Shown here: positions 40,676-50,884 of the stretch, in pieces
How positions within the stretch are numbered: position 1 is the stretch's first letter
How the letters are laid out: each line of letters begins with the position of its first letter
Notes under the pieces: model-generated
What the model was told of the DNA's origin: nothing
The model's database searches: none
Seen by the model: the letters and a program-made list of their open reading frames with translations, nothing else
Translations under genes and position numbers: made by a program
Assembly: GCA_018401875.1 (NCBI GenBank)
Contig: JAGYJZ010000008.1
Span: 67,090 to 131,089 of the forward strand
Direction of reading: 5' to 3'
DNA length: 64,000 nucleotides
Source: Salibacteraceae bacterium
GTDB taxonomy: Bacteria > Bacteroidota > Bacteroidia > Flavobacteriales_G > Salibacteraceae

Positions 40676-42976
40676 ATGAGATGGATTATTGGCATCGTTA
40701 CGTTAACCCTTTTAGCTGTTGTGGGTTGGTTTTTATTTCCGCGCATTGCACCCGTCAATGCACCCGACCCGCTCGACATTCTTCCTGAAGACACTTGGTT
40801 GGTTATGGATGCGAATGCATCGGCTGCACATGCCTTGTTTTCAGACAGCACGAGCCTTTTTCGCGACCTTTCCATCATCGAGTCGTTTCAGCACGTGATC
40901 ATCAATGCCGATCAAAAACTGATTGAAAAAAACCATCGTGTTATATTTTTCCTCTACGGATCAACAGAAGCCCCAATGCTCGGTGTGATCGAATCAGCAA
41001 AAGAGAAAAATGCCTTGTTGAGGGATTTTTTCACTGAACACATCTACTTCGGGAAATACACCATGCACAGCAATGAGCTGCTCAACACCACCATTCGAGA
41101 AAACAGCGGACTGAAAAAACTGCTCCGTGCAACAAACAATACGGAAGTTTCCATATGCGCTAAACCCCAACGAATCATCGCGTATTATTCTGAGCAATTG
41201 GCTCCTGAACTAAAACTAATCCTCGCGCATGAAATCGTTACAGAAGATTGGGTAGGATTTGACTTACGTGAAAACGCAAACCTGTTTATGGCGAACGGCA
41301 TTGGGTCGAGTAAAATGGATGAAACTGGCAAGAAAAGAGACCTGAACCTATTGCGCTACTTACCCGCTAAAACGGGCATCGCTGTGCTGAGTTCAACAGA
41401 CTCAGCGGCTTTCGCCATGGCGTATTGCCCCTACTCCAACGAAGGTGAAGTCGAACACGAAAATCTATTCTTGTTGGTATCAGAAAAAGAACCCTCTACG
41501 GCTTCATCTGAAGATCAATCGTATCAAGGAATTCCCATAAGCATTGGCCCGCTGCCATCGGCAATGAGTTTGTTGGGCTTGGCTTGGAATGATGAAGCTT
41601 ACATCGCTCGGTTGGGTTCGGTGAGCATACATGCGGCTTCATTTACGCAGCTAACAAAGCTGATTGACGACTATCTAGCCGATGACAAATTGATTTCTTC
41701 GCCTTCATTCAAACACATCGAACCGGCCATTTCTGACGCGAGTTTCACCTTCTATATGAGGCCCGAAATGCTCTTTCAGAAAAACCCATTCATCACCAAC
41801 GATGCAGAATTGGAAAACATAAACACGCTCGTTTTTCAGTCGTTTAGCGAATTACCGCTGCAAAAATTTTACGCATTATCCATCGTACACCACGCCAAGT
41901 TTGTGGATAAAGCTTCTACACTTTGGCGACTCCTTCTCGACACAACCATTGCTGCAGGGCCGTGGGGTTTTGAAAACCATTACACGAAAGAAAACGAAGT
42001 AATTATTCAAGACGCCAAGCACCAATTATACCTCGTTAATAAAGACGGGAAAACACTTTGGAAACAACGTTTGGATGCGCCCATCGTGGGAGACGTGCAC
42101 ATGATAGATGCTTACAAAAGTGGCAAGTATCAAATGCTCTTCAATACAACTTCAAGCACCTACCTGCTCGATCGAAACGGTAAAAATGTGGGCGATTTCC
42201 CACTCAAACTAGAGGGTAAAACTGCCGTCAGCCCGACCATTGCACAATACGACTCAAAAGGCGATTACCGCATCCTGATTGCCGATGGCAATAGCATTCG
42301 CAATGTTGACGTAGATGGCAAAGCGATCAAAGGATGGAAAAACCCCACTATTAACGGAATGGCTGTTTCACCCATCCACTATTTAAACTACGCGGGTAAA
42401 GACTATTTGACGGTAATCACCAATGCCAACAGCATCTACTTCTTTGATCGCGCAGGCAGTGAACGCATCAAAAAACTACAAGCCGACACCTTGGCAATGG
42501 CCCTCACGCTGAGGGAAGGAAAAAGCTTAAACGACTGCGCCTTTATAGGATACGACAGCATCGGAAACATCCATACCACTCAAATCGGAAAAGAAAATCG
42601 CGTCCAGAACATCTTGCCATTGGGCAGTGATGTAGGACTTTTGGTCACCGATCTTATTGACCACGCGTTTGTAACTGTTAAGAAAGACAAGGTGCTTTCG
42701 CTCAACAGAGATTTAGATGTGAAACTTGATTTTCTGTTGCCGGAAGAACTCAGCAAAAACATCCAAATTTTGTCGAGTCCAAAAGGATGGATCGGCTGCG
42801 AGAGCGCAAGCAATGATCACTTTTACATGCTCGACTTAAAAGGGAACATGCTGGATAAAATGCCATTGAATGGTGCCGGCAAAGCGTTGCTTTTGGATGT
42901 TGACAAAAACGGAAGCCAAGAAGTATTGATTGGGGATGGAAAGCGCGAGTTGATGGTGTATAAATTGGCCGACTAG
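40676..42976 (+). CDS. Large membrane-anchored hypothetical protein with a C-terminal beta-propeller-like repeat region
   Basis: 766 aa with one N-terminal TM segment. The C-terminal half has repeated motifs of the type ...DGK..W....D..I.G......D..GDG... (for example DVDKNGSQEVLIGDG). I have no confident family call. Confidence 0.55.
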   Translation: MRWIIGIVTLTLLAVVGWFLFPRIAPVNAPDPLDILPEDTWLVMDANASAAHALFSDSTSLFRDLSIIESFQHVIINADQKLIEKNHRVIFFLYGSTEAPMLGVIESAKEKNALLRDFFTEHIYFGKYTMHSNELLNTTIRENSGLKKLLRATNNTEVSICAKPQRIIAYYSEQLAPELKLILAHEIVTEDWVGFDLRENANLFMANGIGSSKMDETGKKRDLNLLRYLPAKTGIAVLSSTDSAAFAMAYCPYSNEGEVEHENLFLLVSEKEPSTASSEDQSYQGIPISIGPLPSAMSLLGLAWNDEAYIARLGSVSIHAASFTQLTKLIDDYLADDKLISSPSFKHIEPAISDASFTFYMRPEMLFQKNPFITNDAELENINTLVFQSFSELPLQKFYALSIVHHAKFVDKASTLWRLLLDTTIAAGPWGFENHYTKENEVIIQDAKHQLYLVNKDGKTLWKQRLDAPIVGDVHMIDAYKSGKYQMLFNTTSSTYLLDRNGKNVGDFPLKLEGKTAVSPTIAQYDSKGDYRILIADGNSIRNVDVDGKAIKGWKNPTINGMAVSPIHYLNYAGKDYLTVITNANSIYFFDRAGSERIKKLQADTLAMALTLREGKSLNDCAFIGYDSIGNIHTTQIGKENRVQNILPLGSDVGLLVTDLIDHAFVTVKKDKVLSLNRDLDVKLDFLLPEELSKNIQILSSPKGWIGCESASNDHFYMLDLKGNMLDKMPLNGAGKALLLDVDKNGSQEVLIGDGKRELMVYKLAD

Positions 42977-43965
42977 CGTTCGGTGAAAATCGAACCCAAC
43001 ACACCGATTTTTCTGATCTTCAATTTCTGTCCAGCAGTTGGAATATCGCTTTCAACCAAGTCGTTCAGCTTTAAAATGGTTTTCATCTTTACTCCGTATT
43101 TCTGTGAAATATCGCGAACGGTTTCACCTTGCTGCACGGTGTGAAATTCTTCTTTGGCATTGTTGCGCTTCGGTTGCAAATACACCACTTCGCCTTCGAT
43201 CAATCGGGCACCTTTTGACAAGTCGTTGTATTTCAGAATTTGCCAACGTCCCATTTCGTAGCGTTCAGCCAACGACTCGGGCGTGTCGCCTTTCTTGGCC
43301 ACAACAAACTTTATGTTGTTGTCGCTCACGTCAATCGCTCTTACATTGGACACTTGGGCAACCGGTTCGATGCGCTTTTCAGACTTTGGCGTTTTCATTT
43401 CTGCTACGGTCTCGTTTTCAGGAAGTTTCTTTACGTGATCGTATTTGTGCAGCTCATTCTCTTCGATTATCTTGATCAAGAGCGGTCCGTACTTCGGGTT
43501 GGTGGCATAACCTGCCTGTTTCAATCCGTGTGCCCATCCTTTGTAATCGGTGTGTTTCAGTTCAAATAAAAACGCATAGCGATCGCGCGTCATTAAAAAC
43601 TCACTGTGATCACGGTAGGAATCAAACGCTGAATAATACTTGCGAAAACACTCGTTGGCTTCGTCATCATCCTGAATAAATGTTGGTCCTTCCCAACCTT
43701 TGTGGCATTTGATCCCAAAATGATTGCGCGCATACTTCGCCAACGGACTATTGCCGTAGTCGCTCTCCAACATTCCTTGCGCTAACGTGATGCTAGAAGG
43801 AATTCCTGTGGCGTGCATCTCACGAATGGCCTCATCTTTAAACTCTTCGATATAATCCGACTTAGACATACGCGGTTCGGCAGGCTGCGATTGGGCCTGA
43901 ACGGTGAAGAAGAATAAATTTCCGACAATAAATAATGCCGACAGAATGTTACTTTGCATGCTCAT
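42973..43965 (-). CDS. Glucosaminidase (mannosyl-glycoprotein endo-beta-N-acetylglucosaminidase) with two LysM domains
   Basis: The glucosaminidase core is ITLAQGMLESDYGNSPLAKYARNHFGIKC. Two C-terminal LysM repeats follow (VVAKKGDTPESLAERY..., HTVQQGETVRDISQKYG...). Confidence 0.8.
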   Translation of the reverse strand: MSMQSNILSALFIVGNLFFFTVQAQSQPAEPRMSKSDYIEEFKDEAIREMHATGIPSSITLAQGMLESDYGNSPLAKYARNHFGIKCHKGWEGPTFIQDDDEANECFRKYYSAFDSYRDHSEFLMTRDRYAFLFELKHTDYKGWAHGLKQAGYATNPKYGPLLIKIIEENELHKYDHVKKLPENETVAEMKTPKSEKRIEPVAQVSNVRAIDVSDNNIKFVVAKKGDTPESLAERYEMGRWQILKYNDLSKGARLIEGEVVYLQPKRNNAKEEFHTVQQGETVRDISQKYGVKMKTILKLNDLVESDIPTAGQKLKIRKIGVLGSIFTER

Positions 43966-44054
43966 TAAAGCTTAGAGCGAAAATATTGAGTTATTAACGG
44001 AGTTTTCAACAATTTGAATTGGGTTATGAACAATTGCGGTGTTAATTAACAGAA

Positions 44055-44972
44055 ATGGAAGGACTGGTTACAAAGAGCACAGGGAGTTGGTATAAGGTGA
44101 GGCTGAGCGATGGGAAAATCATTGACGCCCGATCGCGGGGAAAATTACGCACCGCAAATTCGCGAAATACCAACCACATCACCGTGGGCGACATTGTAGA
44201 AATTGACGAAACCGGAGAAGACTTTTCCATTTCAATGATCCACGATCGGAAGAATTACATCATCCGAAAATCGACCAACCTATCGAAAGAAACCCACATC
44301 ATTGCCGCCAACATCGACTTGGCGATTATTGTAGCTACGCTGAAAGAACCCAAGTTAAAATTCGGTTTTGTCGATCGGTTTTTAGTGACCGCTCAAGCCT
44401 ATCAAATTCCCGCGATCATCGTATTCAACAAAACCGATTTACTCAGCGCCAAGGAAATGGACTACCTCACTGATTTGCGCGAAGCCTATCGAAATATAGG
44501 CTACGAAAGCGAGGCGATTTCTGTGACAAATAGCGAGGGAATTGATCGAATTCATGAAATCATTAAAGGAAAAATTACCTTGTTCTCAGGCAGCAGCGGT
44601 GTGGGCAAAAGTTCATTGCTCAATGCGCTTAACGCAGATATTTCAGCCAAAGTGAGCGTGGTTTCGAGTTCGAATGAAAAAGGCCAACACACCACCACGT
44701 TTGCCGAAATGTACGAGATCAATCCCACGTCATTCATCATCGACACGCCCGGGTTAAAAAGCTTCGGACTCATCGATATGGAACCGGAAGAACTGAAAAA
44801 CTACTTTCCAGAAATGGTGCGCTTGAGCAAAAACTGCCGATTTGGAAACTGCAAACATTTGAACGAACCGGGATGTGCCGTAAAACCCAAATTCGAAGAA
44901 AGCCGCCTGCCGATATTTAGGTATGAAAACTACGTTCACCTGTATGAAGAATTGAAAGGTCTCAAGCCATGA
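44055..44972 (+). CDS. rsgA: Ribosome small-subunit-dependent GTPase A
   Basis: It has an OB-fold N-terminus and circularly permuted GTPase motifs (NKTDL ... GSSGVGKSSLLNAL). The C-terminal zinc knuckle is CRFGNCKHLNEPGC. Confidence 0.9.
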   Translation: MEGLVTKSTGSWYKVRLSDGKIIDARSRGKLRTANSRNTNHITVGDIVEIDETGEDFSISMIHDRKNYIIRKSTNLSKETHIIAANIDLAIIVATLKEPKLKFGFVDRFLVTAQAYQIPAIIVFNKTDLLSAKEMDYLTDLREAYRNIGYESEAISVTNSEGIDRIHEIIKGKITLFSGSSGVGKSSLLNALNADISAKVSVVSSSNEKGQHTTTFAEMYEINPTSFIIDTPGLKSFGLIDMEPEELKNYFPEMVRLSKNCRFGNCKHLNEPGCAVKPKFEESRLPIFRYENYVHLYEELKGLKP

Positions 44973-45421
44973 GAGCAATTATTCAACGCGTTTCACAGGC
45001 CAACGTTGAAGTGAATGGCAACACAATGGGCAGCATCACCATCGGACTTTTAGTATTACTGGGCATCGAAAATGAAGATTCCGAAGAGGATGCAGAATGG
45101 CTCGCCAATAAAATCGTTGCCCTGCGGATTTTTGCTGACGATGAAGGACTCATGAATCGTTCGGTAATGGATCTAAATGGTGAACTTTTAGTCGTGAGCC
45201 AATTTACGCTTCACGCCAAGTATAAAAAAGGAACCCGCCCAAGCTTCATCCGCGCAGCACGCCCTGACCACGCTATTCCACTCTACAACGCATTCTGCCT
45301 CACACTCGAAAAACTTACCGGAAAACCGACACAAACAGGAGAATTTGGAGCCGACATGGATGTACATTTGACCAACGATGGTCCTGTAACTATCTTCATC
45401 GATACAAAAAACAAAGAGTAG
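44969..45421 (+). CDS. dtd: D-aminoacyl-tRNA deacylase
   Basis: MRAIIQRVSQANVEV...VSQFTLHA...GTRPSF...NDGPVT are Dtd motifs. It has a 4-nt overlap with rsgA. Confidence 0.9.
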   Translation: MRAIIQRVSQANVEVNGNTMGSITIGLLVLLGIENEDSEEDAEWLANKIVALRIFADDEGLMNRSVMDLNGELLVVSQFTLHAKYKKGTRPSFIRAARPDHAIPLYNAFCLTLEKLTGKPTQTGEFGADMDVHLTNDGPVTIFIDTKNKE

Positions 45422-45424
45422 CAC

Positions 45425-46825
45425 GTGTTATTCAATTCATTGCCTTTTCTGCTGTTTTTGCCCACCGTGGTGGCAATGTATTTCATCTTGCCACACCGCT
45501 GGCGATGGATGCTACTGCTTGCAGCCAGCTACTTCTTTTATGGCTACTGGAAAATTGAGTACTTGGGATTAATCCTTTTCAGCACCATCGTTGACTTTTT
45601 TACCGCTCAGTTTATCGCATCTTCTGAAACGCAACTCAAAAAGAAAATCGGACTTTCAATGAGCCTCTTCACCAATTTAGGCTTGTTGGCGCTGTTCAAG
45701 TATTCGGGCTGGTTTATGGCCGATGTGCTCCACCCTATTTCCGCGGTAAACGATGCTCAACTCAACGATTTTCAATCTTTCTGGACGTTTGCGCTTCCCG
45801 TAGGAATTTCGTTTTACACCTTCCAAACGCTCGGCTACACGATTGACGTGTATTACGGTAGGGCAATTCCGGAGAAAAACCCATTTAAATTTGCCTTGTT
45901 CGTCAGCTTCTTTCCTCAGTTGGTGGCTGGACCAATCGAGCGGTTCTCGCACTTGCACCATCAACTTTTCACAGAGAAAAAATTCGATTACAGCTTTCTA
46001 CAACACGGTGGACGACTGATTCTCTATGGATTATTCATTAAAATGTGTGTGGCAGACAACATCAGCCCGATCGTAGACCAGGTATTTGAACAGCAAAACG
46101 ATGCGTCTTCCGCGCAACTGATCATTGGAGCGCTGCTTTTCGGCATTCAGATTTACAGCGACTTTCACGGTTATTCGCTCATCGCCATTGGCACAGCGCG
46201 GCTTCTTGGCATTGCGCTGATGGACAATTTCAACGCACCTTACACGGCTACTTCCATCCGAGAGTTTTGGAGCAAATGGCACATTTCGCTTTCCACGTGG
46301 TTTCGCGACTACCTTTTCATTCCGCTTGGTGGAAGTCGGGTATCGAACACAAAATTGGCAGTGAATATTCTGATCGTTTTTATAGTGAGTGGATTGTGGC
46401 ACGGAGCCAATTGGACGTTTGTGGCTTGGGGCGCCATTCACGGATTCAGCTACCTGATAGAGCGCTGGTTCATCTCAAAATACACTGCCGCGTGGTTGAA
46501 GTTTCCACAATGGATGGCCACCATGTTCATCGTGTTTCTTGCGTGGATATTATTCCGCAGCGCATCGATGGAGTCGGCTGCATATTATATTTCAAACGCG
46601 GTTTCATCCGAATCAGCAGGAATTTCAATCGAATGGTCGGCCATCAGTATTTCTTTTATTGGCCTTTTTCTGCTTTCTGACCTTCATTTCAAAAACAGCA
46701 GCATCCACATTTGGCTCAATAAACAATCAGCCATCGCGCGCTGGGCCGTATATGCCTTTTTTATTCTCTCGATCGCAGGATTCGCAGGAACAACCAATCA
46801 TCCATTCATCTATTTTCAATTCTGA
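45425..46825 (+). CDS. MBOAT family O-acyltransferase (AlgI/DltB-like)
   Basis: The GTG start gives (M)LFNSLPFLLFLP. It is polytopic, with a conserved region ..FWSKWHISLSTWFRDYLFIPLGG that includes the catalytic His. Confidence 0.85.
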   Translation: MLFNSLPFLLFLPTVVAMYFILPHRWRWMLLLAASYFFYGYWKIEYLGLILFSTIVDFFTAQFIASSETQLKKKIGLSMSLFTNLGLLALFKYSGWFMADVLHPISAVNDAQLNDFQSFWTFALPVGISFYTFQTLGYTIDVYYGRAIPEKNPFKFALFVSFFPQLVAGPIERFSHLHHQLFTEKKFDYSFLQHGGRLILYGLFIKMCVADNISPIVDQVFEQQNDASSAQLIIGALLFGIQIYSDFHGYSLIAIGTARLLGIALMDNFNAPYTATSIREFWSKWHISLSTWFRDYLFIPLGGSRVSNTKLAVNILIVFIVSGLWHGANWTFVAWGAIHGFSYLIERWFISKYTAAWLKFPQWMATMFIVFLAWILFRSASMESAAYYISNAVSSESAGISIEWSAISISFIGLFLLSDLHFKNSSIHIWLNKQSAIARWAVYAFFILSIAGFAGTTNHPFIYFQF

Positions 46826-47811
46826 TGCTGGTAATCAAAAAAATAGCGTTGTTGGGACTAGTGCTGATCGCGCTCAACTTTATATACAAGCAATTTGCCT
46901 TCACTGCATTTGTTGAACAGTATGCCGATCAGTATTTGCAGGTCGACAAAATCAAAGATTGTGACGTGATCTATGTGTCGGCATCGAGTAATTTTCCGCC
47001 AGAAAACATCCCAGAAAACGACCCCCGCAAAATTAGCCAGTTCGTTTCCGATCACTTCCCATCGCTGCGATTTGAAGCCATCAACAAGCCTGCTTCGCAT
47101 GCCGGTGTGTATCGCCATTTGTTGGCACTATTTCCTGAAGAATCAGAAGCCAAGACATTTGTAATCGCCATCAACTTGAGGTCGTTCGGCCCGAGCTGGA
47201 TCAACTCTGAGCTGGAAACGGCACTCAACCAATCGAATGTGTTTTACAACCAACGGCCTGTGCTATTGAACCGCTTTTTATTGAGTTTAAACTCCTATGA
47301 CAATGCAAGTGCTGAAGAAAGAAGCGCCACGATTCAGCACCATTGGAGCGTGGACGAATTGCCTTTTCCCGCGCCTAAAAATACTGTCAATAATTGGTGT
47401 GCCGTTGAAAAATGGGGCGATTGGAGAAACCCCAAACGCCAACTGGCCGATCAATTCATCAAGCAATTCGGCTTTGTGATTGATGCGGAAAACCCGCGTG
47501 TAAAAGACTTTGACGCGATGTGTGAGGTTGGGCGCGCGCGAAATATTTCAATCGTATTTAACCTACTGGCAGAGAATATCGAAACGGCCGATTCGCTCGT
47601 TGGCCGTGACCTCACACATCTGATGCGTCAAAACACCGCCTGGTTGGTCGATCGTTACACTTCTAAAGGTTTTCGATTAGTCGATAATTTGGATGTTCTG
47701 CGCGAACGAAATTTCACTGACAAAGACTTCCCCACCGAGCACTATGATGAAGAAGGAAGAAAAATTATCGCCAAAAACGTAGCCGAAGCGCTGAAAGAAC
47801 TGCACCCATGA
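46825..47811 (+). CDS. Membrane-anchored SGNH/DltD-like accessory protein of the MBOAT (putative)
   Basis: Its start shares one nucleotide with the MBOAT stop codon (TGATG). It has an N-terminal TM anchor, a block-I-like VIYVSASS and a C-terminal FPTEHYDEEGRKIIA resembling the SGNH block V (DxxH). The call comes from motif resemblance and gene context. Confidence 0.45.
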   Translation: MLVIKKIALLGLVLIALNFIYKQFAFTAFVEQYADQYLQVDKIKDCDVIYVSASSNFPPENIPENDPRKISQFVSDHFPSLRFEAINKPASHAGVYRHLLALFPEESEAKTFVIAINLRSFGPSWINSELETALNQSNVFYNQRPVLLNRFLLSLNSYDNASAEERSATIQHHWSVDELPFPAPKNTVNNWCAVEKWGDWRNPKRQLADQFIKQFGFVIDAENPRVKDFDAMCEVGRARNISIVFNLLAENIETADSLVGRDLTHLMRQNTAWLVDRYTSKGFRLVDNLDVLRERNFTDKDFPTEHYDEEGRKIIAKNVAEALKELHP

Positions 47812-48146
47812 ACAAGGAAATGACCATCAAAGAAGCCCAAACAACCATAGATCAATGGATCAACACCATTGGTGTGCGATACTTCAACGAACTGACCAAC
47901 ATGGCCATCCTCACCGAAGAAGTGGGCGAAGTGGCGCGCATTATCGCCAGGCGTTATGGCGAACAAAGCGAAAAAGAAAGCGACAAAAACAAAGACCTCG
48001 GAGACGAAATGGCAGACGTGTTATTCGTATTGATCTGCCTCGCCAACCAAACGGGCATTGACCTTACTAAGGCCCTCGAAAAGAACATCGAAAAGAAAAC
48101 GATGCGGGATGCGGATCGGCATAAGGGAAACAGGAAGATTAGTTGA
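47808..48146 (+). CDS. MazG-like nucleotide pyrophosphohydrolase
   Basis: 112 aa. LTEEVGEVARI...LGDEMADVLFVLICLAN contains the EExE/ExxD MazG motifs. Confidence 0.8.
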   Translation: MNKEMTIKEAQTTIDQWINTIGVRYFNELTNMAILTEEVGEVARIIARRYGEQSEKESDKNKDLGDEMADVLFVLICLANQTGIDLTKALEKNIEKKTMRDADRHKGNRKIS

Positions 48147-48383
48147 AGAGTGAAAAGTTAATGAGTAGCACACAGTTAGTGTCTCACTGAGGGCGCTCGC
48201 AGAGCGCGTCTCGAAGTGGACACGGTAATTAGGAATTAGGCGCGAGGAACGAGGGATAGTCAAAAGGAATAAGTTAGAATTAGGTTCATCGTTTAAGGTT
48301 AATTCGTTTTAAATTATGAATCGCCTTCAGCACTATTCCTCGTCCAGAACGCATAGACACCACTTCACTCCTAACCAATAAAA

Positions 48384-48413
48384 CAAAAAAACCCCGTTGA
48401 GTGATCAACGGGG
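48384..48413 (-). terminator. Rho-independent terminator of the pyrophosphatase gene
   Basis: On the minus strand, ccccgttga-tcac-tcaacgggg is followed by a U-rich run (UUUUUUUGUUUU). Confidence 0.65.
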
Positions 48414-48437
48414 TTCCTTCAAAGTAGTAATCGTAAT

Positions 48438-50738
48438 TTATTCCGCTGGAAAAGCCGCAGCTTCTTCAGCATTTATGGAAGAAACAACTTCAGCTTCCTC
48501 AATGTTCATTTTATTTACTTGCTTTTCTTCCACAGTAACGATTTTGTCAAGCGCGATAGAAGGCGCAATAACCAATGCTACTACAGACATCAACTTCAGC
48601 AAAATGTTGAGCGATGGACCTGAAGTATCTTTAAAAGGATCTCCAACCGTGTCGCCAACTACTGTTGCTTTGTGAGGTTCTGATCCTTTGTAATACATCT
48701 GCCCGTTTATTTCAACCCCTTCTTCAAACATCTTCTTGGCATTGTCCCATGCACCACCAGCGTTTGATTGGAAAATTGCCATCAATACACCTGCTGATGT
48801 AACTCCGGCTAATAATCCTCCAAGCATTTCTGGACCTCCAATAAAACCAACAGCTACTGGAACAGCTACTGCCAATAAACCTGGAAGCACCATTTCTTTA
48901 ATGGAAGCTTTAGTAGATATCTCAACGCACTTATCGTATTCTGCAACTCCATCAGCAGCGTCAAATGTTGCTTTGTCTTCAGCGCTCCAATCGGCTTGCT
49001 CTTTTCCTTCGTTGCGCTTCATCACCTCAAGGGCAGCTTTCAGTGCAGGAATTTCCTTGAACTGACGCCTCACCTCTTCGATCATGGCCATTGCAGCGCG
49101 ACCAACAGCATTCATACTCAAGGCAGAAAACACGAATGGAAGCATCGCACCAACAAGAAGCCCAGCCATCACTGATGGAATAGCCACGTCAATTGAACCC
49201 ACGTTTGCTTGCTGCATAAAAGCTGCAAACAAAGCCAACGCAGTAAGCGCGGCAGAGCCAATTGCAAATCCTTTTCCGATAGCCGCTGTAGTGTTTCCTA
49301 CGGCATCCAATTTGTCTGTTCGTTTTCTTACTTCTTTTGGAAGGTCAGCCATTTCGGCAATACCACCAGCGTTGTCAGAGATCGGTCCGTAAGCATCAAC
49401 CGCCAGCTGAATACCTGTGTTGGCAAGCATACCTACTGCAGCAATTGCAATTCCGTACAATCCAGCGAAGTAATGTGCTACAAGAATGGCTGCCGCAATT
49501 AGAATAACTGGAATGGCCGTACTCATCATACCTACTCCTAAACCAGCAATAATGTTGGTGGCAGAACCTGTCAATGACTGACGCACAATTGAAAGCACAG
49601 GAGGAGTTCCAGTTCCTGTATAATACTCTGTAATTTTTCCAATTCCCAATCCGGCAATAAGACCCGCCAATGTTGCGAAGAACACTCCGTTTGCCGTGTA
49701 TAAGGTTTCAACGCCCGCAAGGTTTGTAAAACTCCATGATTCTGGCAAGAAGTAAGTGATAATGAAATAAGACAACACTACCATCACCCCTGCAGAACCA
49801 AATTCACCAATGTTTAATGCTGTATGTGGATTTCCTCCGTCTTTTACTTTTACGAAGAAGGTTCCTAAAATTGAAACCAAAATACCAACTGCAGCTAGAG
49901 CCAAAGGAAGCATTACAGCCCCTAAGCCCATCCACGTTGGATCAATAGGTCTAAATATCGGGACGAAAACCGCTCCAAGAACCATTGTACCAATGATAGA
50001 ACCAACGTACGACTCAAAAAGGTCAGCTCCCATTCCGGCCACATCGCCCACGTTGTCGCCAACGTTATCAGCAATGGTAGCAGGATTTAAAGGATGGTCC
50101 TCAGGAATTCCAGCTTCTACTTTTCCTACAAGGTCAGCGCCTACGTCAGCAGCTTTGGTATAAATACCACCACCCACTCTCGCAAAAAGAGCGATTGACG
50201 ATGCACCTAATGAAAAACCAGCCAGTACATTCAATACGGTAGTAACGCCATTTTCATCTTCAATTCCGAACAGGTTGATGTAAACGATTAAGAGGATACT
50301 CAATCCGAGTACACCCAAACCAACAACGCCCATTCCCATTACTGAACCACCACCAAAGGCCACTTCGAGGGCTTTACCTAACGAAGTTCGAGCAGCTTGA
50401 GTCGTTCTCACGTTCGCTTTTGTAGCTACGCGCATACCCAGATATCCTGCCAATGCAGAACACACCGCACCAACCACAAATGATAAGGCAACCAAATAAC
50501 TTGAGTTTGCTTCGTTTGCACCTTTAAATGCCAATAAAGCGGCAACCGCCACAACAAAGATTGAAAGCACTTTGTATTCTGCTTTTAAGAAAGCCATTGC
50601 TCCAACAGAGATATTCTTGGCGATTCTCGCCATTTTCTCATTTCCTTCTTCTTGCTTAGATACCCAAGCACTTTTCCAAGCCACAAAGAGCAGGGCTACT
50701 ACTCCGAACGCTGGCAATGCATAAATTAAACTAGTCAT
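48438..50738 (-). CDS. hppA: Membrane-bound H+/Na+-translocating pyrophosphatase
   Basis: 766 aa and polytopic. It has the [18 protein letters not shown] and DNAGGIAEM signatures. Confidence 0.95.
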   Translation of the reverse strand: MTSLIYALPAFGVVALLFVAWKSAWVSKQEEGNEKMARIAKNISVGAMAFLKAEYKVLSIFVVAVAALLAFKGANEANSSYLVALSFVVGAVCSALAGYLGMRVATKANVRTTQAARTSLGKALEVAFGGGSVMGMGVVGLGVLGLSILLIVYINLFGIEDENGVTTVLNVLAGFSLGASSIALFARVGGGIYTKAADVGADLVGKVEAGIPEDHPLNPATIADNVGDNVGDVAGMGADLFESYVGSIIGTMVLGAVFVPIFRPIDPTWMGLGAVMLPLALAAVGILVSILGTFFVKVKDGGNPHTALNIGEFGSAGVMVVLSYFIITYFLPESWSFTNLAGVETLYTANGVFFATLAGLIAGLGIGKITEYYTGTGTPPVLSIVRQSLTGSATNIIAGLGVGMMSTAIPVILIAAAILVAHYFAGLYGIAIAAVGMLANTGIQLAVDAYGPISDNAGGIAEMADLPKEVRKRTDKLDAVGNTTAAIGKGFAIGSAALTALALFAAFMQQANVGSIDVAIPSVMAGLLVGAMLPFVFSALSMNAVGRAAMAMIEEVRRQFKEIPALKAALEVMKRNEGKEQADWSAEDKATFDAADGVAEYDKCVEISTKASIKEMVLPGLLAVAVPVAVGFIGGPEMLGGLLAGVTSAGVLMAIFQSNAGGAWDNAKKMFEEGVEINGQMYYKGSEPHKATVVGDTVGDPFKDTSGPSLNILLKLMSVVALVIAPSIALDKIVTVEEKQVNKMNIEEAEVVSSINAEEAAAFPAE

Positions 50739-50884
50739 TTATTATTGGTTTTGAATGTATTAATAAGGTGTAAACCCCTTATTTTTTAAGCGCGCAAAGA
50801 TAATAGCATGATTATATTATCAATAACAAAGTTTAATTTATGAGCAGAGATTAGAATTTTCTTGGCTGTAGAAGGCCATTACCG

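Noticed and set aside
48736-50163. Several 97-121 aa plus-strand ORFs inside the pyrophosphatase gene (48736-49065, 49084-49392, 49209-49502, 49810-50163).
   Set aside because: They are antisense to a strongly supported 766-aa conserved membrane protein. Their Ala/Pro/Ser/Thr-rich translations are the typical mirror image of a Gly/Ala/Val-rich gene. I saw no promoter or independent support.
50762-50787. A hairpin, aataagg..ccttatt, followed by T-run on the plus strand, in the leader region of the minus-strand pyrophosphatase gene.
   Set aside because: There is no plus-strand gene upstream for it to terminate. On the minus strand it lacks a U-tract. It is a short AT-rich stem that could arise by chance.
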